The notes under the pieces were generated by a model. It saw only the letters and a list, made by a program, of their open reading frames with translations. It searched no databases and was not told the DNA's origin. From Leptonemataceae bacterium (GTDB taxonomy: Bacteria > Spirochaetota > Leptospiria > Leptospirales > Leptonemataceae), in contig OZ245742.1 in the NCBI GenBank assembly GCA_965227295.1, positions 3,200,001-3,264,000 on the forward strand: a DNA stretch of 64,000 nucleotides. The letters run 5' to 3'. Both the position numbers and the translations under genes were made by a program. Position 1 is the first letter of the stretch. Each line of letters starts with the position of its first letter. Below, in pieces: positions 59,769-64,000 of the stretch.

Positions 59769-60146
59769 TCAGGGAGCCGCAGGGGCTTCTTCGGCCGGAA
59801 CGCTGTCTGCCGGCGCTTCGGTAGCGCCGGCGTCGGCCCCGCCGGGGACTGCGGAATCGCTGAAGTTCAGGCCATCGTCGGCCTCGGCCGGGTTGACGTC
59901 GATTTGCGGTCCGGAGTCCGCGAAGGCCACCGCTGCTGCCAGGGCCAGGACAAAAAAGATGCCCGCCATCCACCAGGTCGCCTTGGTAACGACGTCCATC
60001 GTAGAAGCGCCGAACGGGGTGGTGGAGCCGCCGCCGCCGAAGATTCCCACGCTGCCGCCTTTGCCGGACTGGATCATCACCAGGAAGATGAGGATCGCGC
60101 AGGCGATGAAAAAGAGAACGAGGATGAGCGTCTGGAGAATCTGCAT
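59769..60146 (-). CDS. secG: Preprotein translocase subunit SecG
   Basis: LVMIQSGKGG..GIFGGG...FG...VTKAT; two TM segments. Confidence 0.95.
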   Translation of the reverse strand: MQILQTLILVLFFIACAILIFLVMIQSGKGGSVGIFGGGGSTTPFGASTMDVVTKATWWMAGIFFVLALAAAVAFADSGPQIDVNPAEADDGLNFSDSAVPGGADAGATEAPADSVPAEEAPAAP

Positions 60147-60211
60147 TTCAGTGCCAGGTTTTCCGGCCGAATCAGGGCCGCAAGCGAGATTCGGGGTCGG
60201 TGATAGCGGGC

Positions 60212-61369
60212 TCAGTCGTCGGTGGATTCGCGCAGGGCGTCCAGGCCCGGCAGGCTCCGACCCAGTAGAAAATCCAGAGCCGCAGCGCTGTTCCCGCTGA
60301 CGTGGGCGAACTTTTCGGCCAGGCCGCTATCGTGGATGATGCGCAGGGTATCCACTCCGGCGGCCACGGTGTGGGCTTTGCTTTTGGCCAGGGCCGCGGC
60401 CAGGGAACGACTGCCCTTCTGAAAACGATCGATCTCCACCGCTCCGGCCGGTCCGTACCAGAACACGCAACCGGCCTTCCGGACGGCCTTCTCGACGGCC
60501 GCGACACTCTTCGGGCCGATGTCCAGAGCCATCCAGCGATCCGGGATGGCTCCGGCGGCCACGGTCTTCGTTTTGCCGTCTTTGGAAAAACCCTCGGCGA
60601 CGACGTGATCCACCGGCAGAAAGAATTCGGTTTCGCTGAGCTCGGCTTTTTCGATCATCTGGAAGGCCGGGACCTCCAGTTCTTTTTCTACGAAGGACGA
60701 CCCCACGGGCAGGGCGCGGGACTTCAGGAACGTGTAGGCCAGGCCGCCCGTGACGAAGATCGAATCGATCTTATCGATGAGTTTGCCGAGCAGGGCCAGC
60801 TTGCGTTCCAGTTGCACGCCACCCAGGATTAGAACGAAGGGGCGGTTCTCCCGGTTCAGGAGCGCTTGCAACGCATCGACTTCTTTATAGAGTGCAAGGC
60901 CGGAGTGGGCCGGGAGCAGTTGCGGCAACTTCGTGAGGGAGGCATAGTTTTCGGCGGAGGCACCGAAGGCATCGTTCACGAAGTGATCGGCGAGGCCGGC
61001 CAGTTTCTTCGCGACGGCCCCGTCGCCTTTGGCCTCGGCGGCACCGTAGACCCGGAAGAGGTTTTCGTACAGGCCGACGCCGCCGGCCGGAATGCTGCCG
61101 TCTTCGCTGAACTCCACATTCAGGCCCAGGGCTTCGGTGCACGCTGTCGCGAGTTCCGCAAAGCCCGGCGCCCGGTCCGGAGTTCCGGCATGGCCGGCGA
61201 TCAATACTTCCGCCCCGCGACTGCGCAGGAGTTCGACGGTGGGTTTAAGTGCATTCAGCAGCGCGGTGTTTTGTACCCGACCGCCGCCGTCCAGGACATC
61301 GGCCAGGTCGGCGCGCAGCAGGACGCGTTGATCTTTCACCTGAGCATTTTCTAACCGGGGCAGAGACAT
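60212..61369 (-). CDS. Phosphoglycerate kinase homologue with degenerate active-site motifs
   Basis: PGK scaffold (RVLLRAD, FVNDAFG, RPFVLILGG, LPVDHVVA, LDIGP, LPGL) but most substrate/catalytic motifs altered. Confidence 0.88.
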   Translation of the reverse strand: MSLPRLENAQVKDQRVLLRADLADVLDGGGRVQNTALLNALKPTVELLRSRGAEVLIAGHAGTPDRAPGFAELATACTEALGLNVEFSEDGSIPAGGVGLYENLFRVYGAAEAKGDGAVAKKLAGLADHFVNDAFGASAENYASLTKLPQLLPAHSGLALYKEVDALQALLNRENRPFVLILGGVQLERKLALLGKLIDKIDSIFVTGGLAYTFLKSRALPVGSSFVEKELEVPAFQMIEKAELSETEFFLPVDHVVAEGFSKDGKTKTVAAGAIPDRWMALDIGPKSVAAVEKAVRKAGCVFWYGPAGAVEIDRFQKGSRSLAAALAKSKAHTVAAGVDTLRIIHDSGLAEKFAHVSGNSAAALDFLLGRSLPGLDALRESTDD

Positions 61370-61442
61370 ATTTTCGGAAAGAGCAGCGTTTCCGAATGCA
61401 GGCATACGGGAAAGTAGTTTTTACCGATGCAGGCGGTCCGAG

Positions 61443-64000
61443 TCAGCTTTCGGACACGCGGACGCCCAGGATGCGATAGTTCGTGCGGCCGTTGTGATGC
61501 GTGCGGCTGTAGACGAACTTGAGGACGGAGAACTTTTCGTAATCGGTTTCCGTTTCGTATTCGTACTCCCAGAGATAACGCCAGAGAGAACCGCGGGCGG
61601 AGAAGCCGCGCTCCGGTCGGCGAACGTTTTCGTAGACGGCGCCCAGCAGAATCCGCTGGGAGTACTCGTCGGCATAAGTGTCGGAAAACTCGTGGTACAG
61701 GGCGCCGCCGCCGATCAATTGGTAACTTTCGTTCGGTGTATGTTTGCCCCCGCTGAGGAGCGGGGCGAGAAACCAGGTGGTGCTCCGGGCGGTGCTTTCG
61801 TGTTCGTACCACCACAGCGGAAAAAAACTGTTATGCAACGTGTCGGTGTCGTGTTCGTGGGAAGCCCAGAGGATGTTGGCCGAAAAGCGTTCTTCCTCGG
61901 AACGCACGCCGGCCAGCAATCCGTAACCTGCGTTCATGTGAAGTTTGTCGGGGCCGGTCTCCAGGCTCAGGGAGTTCAGGAGGAGTCCGTAGTCCGCGTA
62001 AGCGCCGCGCACGTCGCGGTCCACCAGGTAGAGGAAGTTGTCCCGGGATTCATCGCCCGCGCGGCGGACGTAAAGTCCGCCGGCAAAGAGCGTGAACTCC
62101 GCAGGTCGCCCGGCGACGTCGCCGGTGGATGCCGGTGTGTACCAACTGTACGCGATGGGTAAAAGATGCAGGGACGTCGTTTCTTCGCCGGGATCGTGGC
62201 CGTAATAGATCGGTGCGACGTAGGTGTAGGCGGAATCGCCGCGGGCCATGTCCTCGTGATAACCGCGATGGGCGAAGACGGGCATGAGCCACAAACGTTC
62301 CAGGCCGCGCTTATGATCCGTGCTGAGATCCGCCAGGAGCAGCAGGTTCGTATGCGTACCGACGGCGTCGCTGCTGTGATAGTAGCCGGGGCCGAAATGT
62401 GTCGCATTGCCGCCGCCGAAAAAGCCGAAGTACAGCGGTGCGACGTGAAAGTGGTCGTTGCGTTCGTAGAAGAGAATCGGTGCCAGGTGCGCGGCGCTCA
62501 GTTCCTGCGCCGCCGGCTCATCCTGCGCAGCGTCCTCCGTATAAGGGACATCATAATCCAGCTGAGCCAGGCCGAGCCAGCTGTATGTCGATTGATCCGG
62601 CGAGCTGTGCGCATAGATGCCCGGTGCCGGAAGGAGCATGGTGTCGCTGTTCGCCGCCGTGTCCTGGGATCGGTAGAACAACGGCGTGATCGTGGTGCTG
62701 CTCCAGCGTTCTGCCGTGGCGACGTTCGCATTGGCGCCGGTATCGCCGCTCGCCGCATTTCGATACCCGTCCACGCGATCGGCGCGGTACCAGAAAAATG
62801 GTAACATGCGTCCGCCGTAACTTTGCGGCGAGCTGTGAAAGTTGGCGAGGGGCCACAGGGCCGTGTGTTCGAAGGAATCCGCCGCGGCGTTGTGTTCGTA
62901 AATATAACCGGCCCACGCAAAAGACACGTAGTTTTCGGTCTTGTTCGACGAGATGTAATGCAGCGGCGAGACCTGGCGGTGGGCCGTCTGTTGCCCTTGC
63001 GAATCGTAGCGGTAATCGTAGAAGAGCGGCAGGAGCCAGCTCTCCGTTTCTTCGAACGCCGTGCCGCCGCCTGCGCCGTCGTGTTCCCGGGCCCGGTAAT
63101 AAAAACCGGGCAGGGACAACCAGCGAAACTCCCGGCTGTTGTCGTAGCGTGTTTGTTCGTAGGTATGGTACAGCGGAACCAACGCTTGCGAGGTTTCATC
63201 GGGTGTTTGGTGAAGATAAAACATCGGCGCGATGGTGAGGCTGCTCCAGGCGTTGTCGGGATCTTCGGCATGCGGATCGCGCTCGGCGCTGTGCCACACG
63301 AGCGGTAAGATGCGACCGCCCCGGCGGTCCGGCGAGCTGTGGTAGTTCGCGATAGGCCAGAGTACCGAGTGTTCGGAGCGTTGCTCCTCGGCATCGTACT
63401 CACGCAAATACCCGAGGGCGAGATACGCTTCCGTAAACGATTTGCCGTCGCGCTGGCGACCGTAGAGCGGAATAAAACCGGGGAACAACGCGAAGTACTC
63501 CGTGTCCTCGCTCTCATTTAAGTAAGAAAGAAACATGCCCGGTACAACCAGGGTGCGGTTCTCGGACGCCTCGTCCCAGGTCAGCCAGGAAAGCGGCAGC
63601 ATGCGAAAGTGGCGGCGGGTATCGGCCTGTTCGTAGGCGACGAGTCCGAAGAAACTCTGGATTCCCCAGAACGTGCGGGCGTTTTCCCGGGAGACGTCCC
63701 GGCGCCGTTCATCGGCGTCTGCCAGGCGATCTTTCGCGCGCCGCCGCTCCGGCTCATCATCGGCGACGTTCGGTTGCTTCGTGCCGTTAAGATCAAACTC
63801 CGCAAAGTTAGCGTTCGGCTCTGTGTCTTTCGGCGCGTCGTCTCCCGTAAGCACGATGCGCGTCGAGAATCGAAACAGACTGTAGAACAGGGCGATGTCC
63901 TGGTCCACGTACCACTCGTTCGTTTCGTTGCGACCGAGGGTGGGCAGCATGCCGCGGTTCCGGCTGATGGAAAGCCCGCTCGCGTTGACGTGGAGATAAC
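61443..64000 (-). CDS. Large aromatic-rich repeat protein (5' end beyond the window)
   Basis: Frame stays open from ATG 63950 to the window edge; many xxP(L/F)(F/Y)Y repeats. Confidence 0.85.
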   Translation of the reverse strand, partial: YLHVNASGLSISRNRGMLPTLGRNETNEWYVDQDIALFYSLFRFSTRIVLTGDDAPKDTEPNANFAEFDLNGTKQPNVADDEPERRRAKDRLADADERRRDVSRENARTFWGIQSFFGLVAYEQADTRRHFRMLPLSWLTWDEASENRTLVVPGMFLSYLNESEDTEYFALFPGFIPLYGRQRDGKSFTEAYLALGYLREYDAEEQRSEHSVLWPIANYHSSPDRRGGRILPLVWHSAERDPHAEDPDNAWSSLTIAPMFYLHQTPDETSQALVPLYHTYEQTRYDNSREFRWLSLPGFYYRAREHDGAGGGTAFEETESWLLPLFYDYRYDSQGQQTAHRQVSPLHYISSNKTENYVSFAWAGYIYEHNAAADSFEHTALWPLANFHSSPQSYGGRMLPFFWYRADRVDGYRNAASGDTGANANVATAERWSSTTITPLFYRSQDTAANSDTMLLPAPGIYAHSSPDQSTYSWLGLAQLDYDVPYTEDAAQDEPAAQELSAAHLAPILFYERNDHFHVAPLYFGFFGGGNATHFGPGYYHSSDAVGTHTNLLLLADLSTDHKRGLERLWLMPVFAHRGYHEDMARGDSAYTYVAPIYYGHDPGEETTSLHLLPIAYSWYTPASTGDVAGRPAEFTLFAGGLYVRRAGDESRDNFLYLVDRDVRGAYADYGLLLNSLSLETGPDKLHMNAGYGLLAGVRSEEERFSANILWASHEHDTDTLHNSFFPLWWYEHESTARSTTWFLAPLLSGGKHTPNESYQLIGGGALYHEFSDTYADEYSQRILLGAVYENVRRPERGFSARGSLWRYLWEYEYETETDYEKFSVLKFVYSRTHHNGRTNYRILGVRVSES

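Noticed and set aside
60212..61369. Assigning the symbol pgk, or calling it a pseudogene
   Set aside because: Catalytic motifs are lost so pgk function is unsupported, but the frame is intact with no stops or frameshifts

Overview
GC-rich bacterial chromosomal window, most likely a Leptospirales spirochaete. This is an inference from an FcpB-like protein, the secG-[FcpB-like]-histidine kinase-response regulator gene order, a SecA without SEC-C, many Cys-lipobox proteins and futalosine-pathway genes. Most of the window is housekeeping: secA, prfC, gatCA, tyrS, mqnA/mqnP/ubiX, acnA, epmA, a sigma70 factor and secG. No rRNA, tRNA, CRISPR, transposase or phage gene was seen. The best candidate for an undescribed system is a tightly packed minus-strand run (50610->42140). 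It encodes a membrane-anchored PspA/ESCRT-III-like coiled coil, a solute-binding protein fused to an OmpA peptidoglycan-binding domain, an ABC permease and ATPase, a second coiled-coil protein and a complete TerY-P-type vWA/PP2C/Ser-Thr kinase triad. It is flanked by a heme-oxygenase-like diiron enzyme and a divergent LpxC. The second highlight is a hierarchy of apparently non-coding repeats: a ~310-330 bp unit at three loci (1, 2 and 4+ tandem copies) carrying swappable hairpin modules, and a ~110 bp family with covarying stems and C-GNA-G triloops. Other oddities are a full-length PGK with most catalytic motifs lost, a GatA with a histone-like tail, two orphan proteins resembling FliF-C/FliG-N fragments, and three tandem paralogous lipoproteins. 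All family assignments are by-eye motif recognition; no searches were run.
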